Below, in pieces: positions 31,254 through 39,556 of a stretch of 64,000 nt of DNA; positions within the stretch are counted from its first letter, which is position 1; each line of letters begins with the position of its first letter. A program made the position numbers and the translations under genes. Source of the stretch: a bacterium (GTDB lineage: Bacteria; SAR324; NAC60-12); the NCBI GenBank assembly GCA_965209155.1, contig OZ242383.1, positions 2,112,001 through 2,176,000 on the forward strand, written 5' to 3'. The notes under the pieces were generated by a model, which searched no databases, was not told the origin of the DNA, and saw nothing but the letters and a program-made list of their open reading frames with translations.

Positions 31254-31572
31254 GAGGCCCTCGGTGGGAATGAAATTTGTGGTCCTTTCAACAGAATAAC
31301 ACATTATGCGGAGAACAGTAATTGCCATTTTTATCATTCCGCATCGATCTGTCGTTTCAACTTTTTCTGTATCATCGCTCGGCGAATCGCTCGAACGGAT
31401 CGGTCCACCGATGCGATGAGAGAGCTATTTCATTTGGTGTCAATGAATCGTATTTAATCACTCCAAAATGAAGGAGACCCAATGTGTTGAGCAATCGTCG
31501 AAAACCTGCTTTCGTTCCCGAAAGCAGGTTTTAAATCAATCCTTAATTTTGAACATTCAATCGAAAGGCACT

Positions 31573-31647
31573 GGCGGCAAGGAGATTGACCGTGAAGCGC
31601 TGGAGCGTATACTGGGATTAGACGTGCCGGTCTGCGTGCAGTATGGA
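31573..31647 (+). pseudogene. Second fragment of the third dppB copy
   Basis: GGKEIDREALERILGLDVPVCVQYG versus intact GGKIDREALERLLGLDVPVWVQYG. Confidence 0.75.
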
Positions 31648-31742
31648 TGGCACATGACTTTTGTTTCTAGCAGTAATTTCTCTAAGTTTCGAACTCCGAC
31701 ACGTAAATGCGTGATCCAAACTGATGTGTCGACAAGCACCAT
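31643..31742 (-). pseudogene. vapC: Truncated VapC (PIN) toxin
   Basis: MVLVDTSVWITHLR...VMCHP, then runs into unrelated dppB-derived sequence. Confidence 0.75.
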
Positions 31743-31744
31743 AG

Positions 31745-31909
31745 TTAGTCCCGTCGTCTGGGGATAGAACTTAATTTTTTTTCACTTCCTCTTTCACGAG
31801 CAATCAGTGCTTCTAATCCCATATGTATTAATGTTGTTTTTTCCTTGATCCCTGAGAGAAATGAAGCTTTCTTCAATATTTCTTCATCGATATTCAGTGT
31901 TGTTCTCAT
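31745..31909 (-). CDS. vapB: VapB-type antitoxin, 54 aa (not in the ORF track)
   Basis: MRTTLNIDEEILKKASFLSGIKEKTTLIHMGLEALIARERGSEKKLSSIPRRRD*; AAGGA RBS; 2 nt upstream of vapC. Confidence 0.75.
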   Translation of the reverse strand: MRTTLNIDEEILKKASFLSGIKEKTTLIHMGLEALIARERGSEKKLSSIPRRRD

Positions 31910-31953
31910 ACCCGTCCTTTCCTATAATATTGTCAATCCAATCAATATTTTTT

Positions 31954-31991
31954 ATGCATATTAATATGCATGAATTATATGTATCCGTCAA
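31954..31991 (-). promoter_or_regulatory. vapBC promoter and operator
   Basis: Perfect 18-bp palindrome atgcatattaatatgcat (31954-31971) overlapping TTGACG-N17-CATATT. Confidence 0.55.
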
Positions 31992-32514
31992 TAGTTTTAG
32001 AACCTTTCAAAATTAGATAGTCCCCTTCTAGAGTGTTGGTGTCGATCCTCAGCTTTGACAGGCAAGTAGGATGAAATTCTTCACAAAGCGCTGATGGTTT
32101 TTGAACCTTCTCAACTCAATCACTCCTGAGCGAGCTCAAGCAACTTTTTGCGAAAGCTGCTTATTTTGAGTATGCATCACTCCTTGAAATGATTTGCTCT
32201 GAATCCCCTGCTTTTCGTTCCGGGAAGGGCAAGATTGCCTCATATTTTCAAGGACTGACACAGAGAGCAGCGAGGATCAAGTCAAGGATAAGACAAGCAC
32301 TCGCCACTGAGGAATTAAGGTGAGCAAAAATAAATCGATTGACCTCCTCTAAATATTGTTATATAGAGAGAATACTGAAGGGGATCATGAAATCAACCAG
32401 GATTTTGCCATCATCGTTCTTTTGTGATAGTTCTCACGAAAACGCCTTGGGCGGAAGGTTTTATTTCAATGTCGCTCCTATTGATCCGAAATTCATGTCA
32501 AACCACATATCATC

Positions 32515-33036
32515 CCAAGAGGATTTTTAGAAACGGTCAACGGGGAATGGAAAAGTGCCAAAAATGTTGACTTCCGGATCTCAATATGAAAAAGTATTTT
32601 CGTTGATCATCAGAAGACACTCATGATTGAGTCGCCCTGTTCAAAAAAAATCTTGATACATTTGCAGAGCGATTATACTATTTCCAGATATGAGAAAAAT
32701 TTGCTTTAAATGACTAATCAGATCTGTCTTAAAAAAAATGTTGATTTTTTTCTGGATATAAAATATTTTCTCTTACCAAGAGGATTTTTAGAAACGGTCA
32801 ACGGGGAATGGAAAAGTGCCAAAAATGTTGACTTCCGGATCTCAATATGAAAAAGTATTTTCGTTGATCATCAGAAGACACTCATGATTGAGTCGCCCTG
32901 TTCAAAAAAAATCTTGATACATTTGCAGAGCGATTATACTATTTCCAGATATGAGAAAAATTTGCTTTAAATGACTAATCAGATCTGTCTTAAAAAAAAT
33001 GTTGATTTTTTTCTGGATATAAAATATTTTCTCTTA
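32515..33036. repeat. Tandem duplication of a 261-bp non-coding AT-rich unit
   Basis: 32515-32775 and 32776-33036 appear identical by eye. Confidence 0.9.
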
Positions 33037-33128
33037 AAGAGTCGCTGTCGCGAATTGGCTTTTCGCTGTCAGCTATCAATCAGGATGACATGAAAGTCTG
33101 AAATTAACCCGTCAAATATAAAAATAGC

Positions 33129-33157
33129 TTGACAAAAGGTTAATATGAGAGTATCAT
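33129..33157 (+). promoter_or_regulatory. Sigma70-type promoter for the peptide ABC operon
   Basis: TTGACA-N17-TATCAT. Confidence 0.65.
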
Positions 33158-33162
33158 TCAAT

Positions 33163-33258
33163 CACCCGGCACCCGGCACCCGGCACCCGGCACCCGGCAC
33201 CCGGCACCCGGCACCCGGCACCCGGCACCCGGCACCCGGCACCCGGCACCCGGCACCC
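33163..33258 (+). repeat. Heptamer microsatellite (CACCCGG)13 plus CACCC
   Basis: Thirteen perfect units counted directly. Confidence 0.97.
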
Positions 33259-33490
33259 ACGTTCTAAATCCCAAGTCCCCAGTTCATTTGGTTGTCCCCC
33301 CTTATCTCATCTCGACCTCAGGGAGAGATCCTTAAGTTACCCCTCATTCATTTCAGCCAATGGAAATGCCTCAAGAGCATTGAAAGCTCATGGTTCATGC
33401 CCCCATCCTGGAGCCAATGAATCGGTTTTTTTGATAGTGTAATATTCATGGTGAATATTGCTTTTTTAACTATTTATATTAGAGGTAAAA

Positions 33491-35398
33491 ATGAAAACAA
33501 TATTTAGAAGTATCGTCGAGAATGTGCTTTCAGGAACGAAAGCAGGTTTTAAAGCAATCCTTAATTTTGTTTTTAATCATAAAAAAGTAAGGAAAAAAAT
33601 GGATCATCAAAAAAGCAAATCAACCTTCAATGCAATCCTGCTGTCCCTCCTCACCCTGATGGTGGCTGCCTTTTGGGTCAGTCCGGCCGTGGCTGCCGAG
33701 AAAAAGATGGTCACAGATCCCACCACTGGTAAAATGGTGACGGCACCTGAGTACGGCGGAACAATCACCTATCCCTACATATCAAAGGGCGATACTACGG
33801 ACCCCTTTATTACTGGCCCCTATGTGCAGTTCATCATTAGTGGCGTTAATGAGCAGCTCGCCTGGGCGGACTGGGGAATAGATAGGGACGTATGGGAATT
33901 TTCATCCGGGTTCCACTTTAGAGGACCTGCCCTGACAGGGATGCTGGCGGAACGGTGGTTTACCCCCGACCCAACCACGTTCATCTTCCATATCCGCAAG
34001 GGCGTTCACTGGCATGATAAGCCACCGGTATCCGGGCGCGAGCTGACTGCCGATGATGTCGCCTATACCTATCAGCGTATGTTGGTTCTGGGTGAGTTCA
34101 CCGAACGTCCCCAGCAAACTCCCAGATTGAGCAACCTGCCCTGGGAATCGATAGAGGCCACCGGCAAATATACGGTTGTTTTCAAGCTGAAGGAACCAGT
34201 GCTCGGTGCGCTGAGGACTATCCTCAGCGAGGCACTGGTTTGGATATTACCCCCCGAGGTAATCGAGCAACACGGCAACTATGCGGATTGGCGGAACGTG
34301 GTCGGCACCGGACCCCTGATGCTGACTGACTATGTCGAAGACGTCTCTAAAACCTATGTCAAGAATCCTGACTACTGGGGCTACGACCCAAAATACCCCG
34401 AGAACCGCCTGCCCTATATTGACCAGTTAAGGGCCCTGTATATGCCGGAAGAAGCAGCACGTGTATCGGCACTACGCACGGGTAAGGTTGATATAGTACA
34501 TGCCGCCGGCGGTGGCACTACTCTGGTAAACCGCGACTTAGTAACGAGCCTCCAGCGGACCAACCCCGAAGTCCAGGTGACCACTGGTTTCTCAAGCGCG
34601 CTCGGGACTTTTCTTCTGAACATGCGCAAGCCGCCCTTTGACGACGTCAGGGTGCGCCACGCCATGCAGATGGCAATCGACCTCGAGACGATTAACAAGA
34701 CCTACTTTGGCGGTCTCGCAAAGTGGGAACCCATGGGGACGATTGGGTATGTCTTCCCGGAGTTGCAAACCAAATTCGAAGACTATCCCGAAGAGGTCAA
34801 GCAATACTATCGGTATGACCCGGAAGGGGCTGAGAAGCTCCTGGATGAGGCGGGATATCCGCGCGGTGCGGATGGCGTTCGATTCAAGGTCACCCATGAC
34901 CACCGCTACCCCAACTATGATTTGGGCTATGCAGAAATAGCTGCCGGCTACTGGGCAGAGATTGGCGTTAAGGTAACGATTCAGAAACATGACACGGCCA
35001 CTTGGGTCGGTCTTCTAGGAGATCATGATTATGAAATGGGCTCCGGCAGCTCGGGCTTTCTTCACTCCCCAACATTTGGGGTAGAATGGTATCGCCATGA
35101 AGGCTCATTTCAACGCGAATTTATATCCGGAATCGAGACCCCTGAGCTGAACGCCGCTGCTGATGCCTTTTTCGCCGCTATCACCGAGGAGGAGCAGAAG
35201 AAGCCACTTAAAGATTTTGATATGCTCTTAATAAAGCAGCACAATCTGATATGGACTCCTATGGCTCCAGTATATAACCTGAACCAGCCGTGGGTCAAAG
35301 GTTTTAGCGGTGAGTGGGGCATGGGATTTGGGGCATTACATTGGGTCCTCATCCACCTTTGGATTGACCAGGATCTGAAGGAAGAAATGGGATTCTAG
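33491..35398 (+). CDS. Peptide/nickel ABC substrate-binding protein (family 5)
   Basis: LAERW..PDPTT.IFHIRKGVHWHD, ELTADDV, VGTGP and PFDDVRVRHAM.MAID; alternative start at 33599. Confidence 0.9.
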   Translation: MKTIFRSIVENVLSGTKAGFKAILNFVFNHKKVRKKMDHQKSKSTFNAILLSLLTLMVAAFWVSPAVAAEKKMVTDPTTGKMVTAPEYGGTITYPYISKGDTTDPFITGPYVQFIISGVNEQLAWADWGIDRDVWEFSSGFHFRGPALTGMLAERWFTPDPTTFIFHIRKGVHWHDKPPVSGRELTADDVAYTYQRMLVLGEFTERPQQTPRLSNLPWESIEATGKYTVVFKLKEPVLGALRTILSEALVWILPPEVIEQHGNYADWRNVVGTGPLMLTDYVEDVSKTYVKNPDYWGYDPKYPENRLPYIDQLRALYMPEEAARVSALRTGKVDIVHAAGGGTTLVNRDLVTSLQRTNPEVQVTTGFSSALGTFLLNMRKPPFDDVRVRHAMQMAIDLETINKTYFGGLAKWEPMGTIGYVFPELQTKFEDYPEEVKQYYRYDPEGAEKLLDEAGYPRGADGVRFKVTHDHRYPNYDLGYAEIAAGYWAEIGVKVTIQKHDTATWVGLLGDHDYEMGSGSSGFLHSPTFGVEWYRHEGSFQREFISGIETPELNAAADAFFAAITEEEQKKPLKDFDMLLIKQHNLIWTPMAPVYNLNQPWVKGFSGEWGMGFGALHWVLIHLWIDQDLKEEMGF

Positions 35399-35606
35399 CC
35401 GGTCACTGGATCCGAGCCCGAATCAGCATGAGCCACCCCCTCTCCCATCCGCAATCCGGGTGGGAGGAATTCTTGGCATGTAATGGGGCAGGCTTTTCGG
35501 CGGAATGACGGAAGCCTGCTCCGCACCTGATACGGGGTTGGGATATGTCCTGCAATGACAAAAGAGGTTTGGCAATGACGGGTAGAAGTGAAATAAGGTG
35601 TGTCAC

Positions 35607-36620
35607 ATGAGAGCCTATCTCATCAGGAGATTATTGCTGATCATTCCCACCCTGTTTATCTTGACCATCCTGGTCTTCCTCTCGGTGCGCTTCATCCCCG
35701 GCGATGTCATAGACTTAATGGTGGCCAGAAATTTAGGTCCGGATTCGGGATTTGGTGGCAAGATTGACCGTGAAGCTCTGGAGCGTTTGCTGGGACTGGA
35801 CGTGCCGGTCTGGGTGCAGTATGGACGCTGGATAGGAGTGTTGCCGACCCCTGACTGGGTTAGCGGGGAGTCCCATTTGAAAGGGCTCCTCCAGGGCACC
35901 CTCGGCGACTCACTGATGGGCGGCCTTTGGACGGTAGAGGAGAAGATCATAGAGAGATTGCCGGTCACCATTGAGCTGGGGGTCATGGCCATCTTAATCG
36001 GGCTGGTGATCGCCCTGCCGATCGGCATCTACTCGGCGATTCGCCAGGATACGGCCGCCGACTACCTGGGGCGCTCCATCGCTATCATCGGCCTGGCCAC
36101 GCCTAATTTCTGGCTGGCCCTTCTCGTCATGATCTACCCGGCCATCTGGTGGAGATGGTCGCCCCCGATGGAGTGGGTTCCATTCAGCGAAGACCCGCTG
36201 GGGAATCTCGGCATGCTCCTCATTCCCAGCCTGATTCTGGGGACGGCTGCTTCTTGCGAGACCATGCGGCTGACGCGCACCATGATGCTGGAGGTCTTAA
36301 GGCAGGACTATATCCGCACCGCCTGGTCCAAAGGTCTCAAGGAGCGGGTCGTGATTATCCGGCACACCATCAAAAATGCCCTCATCCCGGTGGTCTCCCT
36401 GATCGGCATGCAGTTGCCGATCGTGGTCGGGGGCGCGGTGATCATGGAGAACGTATTCATGCTGCCGGGGCTCGGTCGTCTCATGGTGGATGCGCTCAAT
36501 GACAGAGACTACCCGGTGATCTCCGGAATAAACCTGTTTTTCGGCGTCGTCGTGATGGGAAGCAATCTCCTCATCGACCTGATTTATCCCTATTTGGACC
36601 CCAGGGTGAGGTATGAATAG
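35607..36620 (+). CDS. dppB: Peptide ABC permease (DppB-like)
   Basis: YLIRRLL, RQDYIRTAWSKGL, IMENVFMLPGLG and LDPRVRY. Confidence 0.88.
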   Translation: MRAYLIRRLLLIIPTLFILTILVFLSVRFIPGDVIDLMVARNLGPDSGFGGKIDREALERLLGLDVPVWVQYGRWIGVLPTPDWVSGESHLKGLLQGTLGDSLMGGLWTVEEKIIERLPVTIELGVMAILIGLVIALPIGIYSAIRQDTAADYLGRSIAIIGLATPNFWLALLVMIYPAIWWRWSPPMEWVPFSEDPLGNLGMLLIPSLILGTAASCETMRLTRTMMLEVLRQDYIRTAWSKGLKERVVIIRHTIKNALIPVVSLIGMQLPIVVGGAVIMENVFMLPGLGRLMVDALNDRDYPVISGINLFFGVVVMGSNLLIDLIYPYLDPRVRYE

Positions 36621-36667
36621 TCGCTGGCGCGGAAGGTATGAGGAGTTGGGTTTAACAGACAAGAAAA

Positions 36668-36741
36668 CGGTAGGGGCGGGTCACGTCCCGGCCAAGGGGA
36701 GCGGTGCGTTTTTCAGGCCGGGACGTCACTCGGCCCTACCG
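36668..36741. repeat. GTAG-type REP doublet (inverted pair)
   Basis: cggtaggggcgggtcacgtcccggcc ... ggccgggacgtcactcggccctaccg. Confidence 0.7.
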
Positions 36742-36758
36742 ATAGAGAAATCGGGATC

Positions 36759-37724
36759 ATGAGCAACACCACAGAGAGACCAACCAAAATAATCGAACCC
36801 AAGCGACGGGGCCGGCTGGCTGCATTCTGTATCAGGCTTCTCAGGGAGAAGCCTCTGGGGACGGCCTGCGGGATAATCCTATTGCTCTTGATTCTGGTGG
36901 CGATCTTCGCCGAGGCTCTGGCTCCTTATCCTTATATGAAAATAAATATGATAGAGAGGATGCAGGGCCCATCCGTCCGGCATCTGCTGGGTACCGACTT
37001 CGCGGGGCGAGACTTATTGAGCCGCTTGATCCACGGGGCTCGTCTTTCCTTAGCGGTCGGTCTGGCAGCGACGAGCATTAATGTGGTGGTCGCGGTCCTG
37101 ATCGGCGGCATTTCCGGATTTCTGGGCGGCAAAGTGGACCTGGCCCTGCAGCGCTTTGTCGATGCCTGGATGGCCTTTCCGGGACTGCTGCTCTTGTTAA
37201 CGATCATGTCCATCGTCGGCCAGGGTCTCCTCCAGATCATCGTCGTGCTGGGAGTCGCCGGCGGCATCGGCGGTTCCCGAATCATGCGAGGCGCGGTGAT
37301 CGGCATCAAAGAGAATGACTATTTTCTGGCCGCCCGGGCGGTGGGCACCTCGACAAGCCAAATCCTGATCCGCCATGTCCTGCCCAATATCATGGCACCG
37401 ATCATCATTGTCTTCTCGATCAACATCGGGGGGGTGATTATGGCTGAGGCTTCTCTGAGCTTCCTGGGATTCGGTCTGCCCGTCGAGTTTCCCAGCTGGG
37501 GCGGGATGCTCAGCCGGGAAGGACGTCTCTACATGGAGATGGCGCCACGGCTGGCGCTCTGGCCTGGGCTTTGCTTGACGATTGTCGTTTACTCCCTCAA
37601 CATGTTCGGCGACGCCCTCAGGGACCTGCTCGATCCCCGGATGCGGGGCGGTCAAGGTAGTTACGGCGCCGCAAAGAAACGCAATCGAGGTTTCCTCGCC
37701 CGGCTGATCAATCCCTTCAAATAG
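36759..37724 (+). CDS. dppC: Peptide ABC permease (DppC-like)
   Basis: HLLGTDFAGRDLLSRL, RHVLPN, EASLSFLGFG and GDALRDLLDPR. Confidence 0.88.
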   Translation: MSNTTERPTKIIEPKRRGRLAAFCIRLLREKPLGTACGIILLLLILVAIFAEALAPYPYMKINMIERMQGPSVRHLLGTDFAGRDLLSRLIHGARLSLAVGLAATSINVVVAVLIGGISGFLGGKVDLALQRFVDAWMAFPGLLLLLTIMSIVGQGLLQIIVVLGVAGGIGGSRIMRGAVIGIKENDYFLAARAVGTSTSQILIRHVLPNIMAPIIIVFSINIGGVIMAEASLSFLGFGLPVEFPSWGGMLSREGRLYMEMAPRLALWPGLCLTIVVYSLNMFGDALRDLLDPRMRGGQGSYGAAKKRNRGFLARLINPFK

Positions 37725-37761
37725 TAAGCACACAAAAATTGTCCTGGTGCATACTGATCGG

Positions 37762-38232
37762 TTATTCCGTATATCTCTGAAGCCATTCCAACAAATAGTC
37801 TTCAACCAGAGATTGACAAATATTTTCTTTGACGACAATTCCGGATATACGCAACTGGTGGGTGCCCTTACCTTGGACTTTAGGATGAGGATCCCGAATT
37901 CCAATGACAACACGTTTGATCCCATTACGGATGATAGCTGAGGTACAGGGAGGGGTTCGACCAAAAAATGTACAAGGTTCCACAGTGGTATAAAGCGTTG
38001 CTCCAGAAACCGAGCGCTGCTTTTGTTCAGCATCGAGTAAAGCGCTGATTTCTGCATGGGCTCCTCCTGGTGGCTGTGTTTTTCCTTCACCCAGGACGAT
38101 ACCTTCCTTTACAATTACGCAGCCCACATAAGGATTGTCTCCAGTCGTCCCCTTGGCTTGCATTCCCAATTCAATCGCCTGTTTCATAAAGATTTCATCT
38201 TGGGCTTCTTGGGAATTCAGAGGGTTTTTCAC
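37762..38232 (-). CDS. RibD-type deaminase domain only (no reductase domain)
   Basis: NPYVGCVIVK, HAE, TVEPC...TPPC and DPHPKV.GKG; ends at about 155 aa. Confidence 0.8.
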   Translation of the reverse strand: MKNPLNSQEAQDEIFMKQAIELGMQAKGTTGDNPYVGCVIVKEGIVLGEGKTQPPGGAHAEISALLDAEQKQRSVSGATLYTTVEPCTFFGRTPPCTSAIIRNGIKRVVIGIRDPHPKVQGKGTHQLRISGIVVKENICQSLVEDYLLEWLQRYTE

Positions 38233-38315
38233 AAGCAGACTCTATTCTTTAAAGAACGGGATTGAGTGCTGGATGGTGGTATATTTTCAATTGTCGATAG
38301 ACTTTAAAATCGGTT

Positions 38316-39326
38316 TTATGGGAAAAAACTGTTTTGTCGTAGAGAACGGCTGGGAAGTAAAGGTTCGATCATCCAACATAGGATCGCTGCCAGAACAAAC
38401 CATTGGAATTGCTCATTCCACAAACGTCGACGAGTTTTTTGCAACTCGTTACGCTGCAAATTTTCCCGTATGTCTTGTAGATATATCTTTTCCAAATCCA
38501 AATCGCCGGTCACCGACTGCGCATAACTACCACCAGTAGACAATGCCAGTTCTTTCAGTGCCGCTTCATTCAATTTGCTCATCACCAACTCTCCTTTCTT
38601 GTTCTTTAAAAACCCTCCTTGTAAATTTGGAATGGGAACACCTTCAGTTTTTCCGATGCCAATGACGAAGATTTTCACACCTGCTTCACGTGCTTGTTTC
38701 TCCACAATTTGCAACTCGCCAGAGTGGTCTTCTCCATCGGTGATTAAAATAATTGCTTTGGAATTTCGATGCGTGTCGGAAAATGCTTGCATAGAAGTTT
38801 GTAAAGCATGAGCTATGGCGGTCCCGGGCACCGGAATCAATTCCGTATCCAAAGTATCCAAAAAAATTTCGATGGCCTTATAATCCACGGTCAATGGACT
38901 TTGCGTAAAACCAATACCTGCAAATACAACCAATCCCACCCGATCTCCTTGTAACATACTCAGCAAGTCAATCACTTCCCGTTTGGCACGAGTGAGTCGA
39001 TTGGGACTGATATCCTCGGCCAGCATACTCCGGGAAACATCAACAGCCAGGATGATGTCAAACCCGCGGTGCTGCACTTCCTCCCATTGAAACCCCATTC
39101 GTGGTTGGGAGAGAGCAATGATCCCTAATGCCATTCCTCCTAAAAGCAGCAGTAACTTGAATCGTAAGTTGAGCACACTGGGAAAGGATAGCAGACATGG
39201 CCATAACATTTCATTTGCAAAACGACGCAACAGGTGTTTCTTTTGCTGTTGAGAATATATATGCATCCCCAGCATCAGCGGAATCAGAAACAATCCTAAT
39301 AGCAAATTGACATGTAGAAAATTCAT
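38316..39326 (-). CDS. VWA-domain membrane protein (BatB-like)
   Basis: ALSQP, MIDAS motif DVSRSM, GDRVGLVVFAG, PLTVD and ITDGEDH. Confidence 0.85.
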   Translation of the reverse strand: MNFLHVNLLLGLFLIPLMLGMHIYSQQQKKHLLRRFANEMLWPCLLSFPSVLNLRFKLLLLLGGMALGIIALSQPRMGFQWEEVQHRGFDIILAVDVSRSMLAEDISPNRLTRAKREVIDLLSMLQGDRVGLVVFAGIGFTQSPLTVDYKAIEIFLDTLDTELIPVPGTAIAHALQTSMQAFSDTHRNSKAIILITDGEDHSGELQIVEKQAREAGVKIFVIGIGKTEGVPIPNLQGGFLKNKKGELVMSKLNEAALKELALSTGGSYAQSVTGDLDLEKIYLQDIRENLQRNELQKTRRRLWNEQFQWFVLAAILCWMIEPLLPSRSLRQNSFFP

Positions 39327-39415
39327 AAAACAAAGAGAACTGGCAATCCTCCCAAAAATCTGTTAGTCTGACAATATATCTCAAATTTACTTTTCAATCA
39401 ATCGAAGAAATCAAA

Positions 39416-39556
39416 ATGTCTCCCAAAAAGAAAACCAAATTGCAGCGTAAAAATAAGAGCCATGCCAATAAATCCAACACCAAAAAGCGTTTCAAGACCG
39501 CACGGGAAGTGGCCATGTTGCTCAAAAAACTGGAGCAGGAAGAAGCATCTGAATGA
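39416..39556 (+). CDS. Small basic 46-aa protein (not in the ORF track)
   Basis: MSPKKKTKLQRKNKSHANKSNTKKRFKTAREVAMLLKKLEQEEASE*; stop overlaps the xth start (ATGA). Confidence 0.5.
   Translation: MSPKKKTKLQRKNKSHANKSNTKKRFKTAREVAMLLKKLEQEEASE

Noticed and set aside
31468..31767. 99-aa ORF as a real gene
   Set aside because: Chance read-through of a leader hairpin, a dppB fragment and antisense vapC
32000..32510. Non-coding stretch as a possible ncRNA or IS remnant
   Set aside because: No motif, ORF similarity or repeat could be supported by eye
33163..33258. Repeat tract as CRISPR or coding sequence
   Set aside because: No spacers, and no start codon or RBS context for a peptide
37197..38090. 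297-aa minus-strand ORF
   Set aside because: Shadow ORF antisense to dppC and out of frame with the deaminase; no motifs
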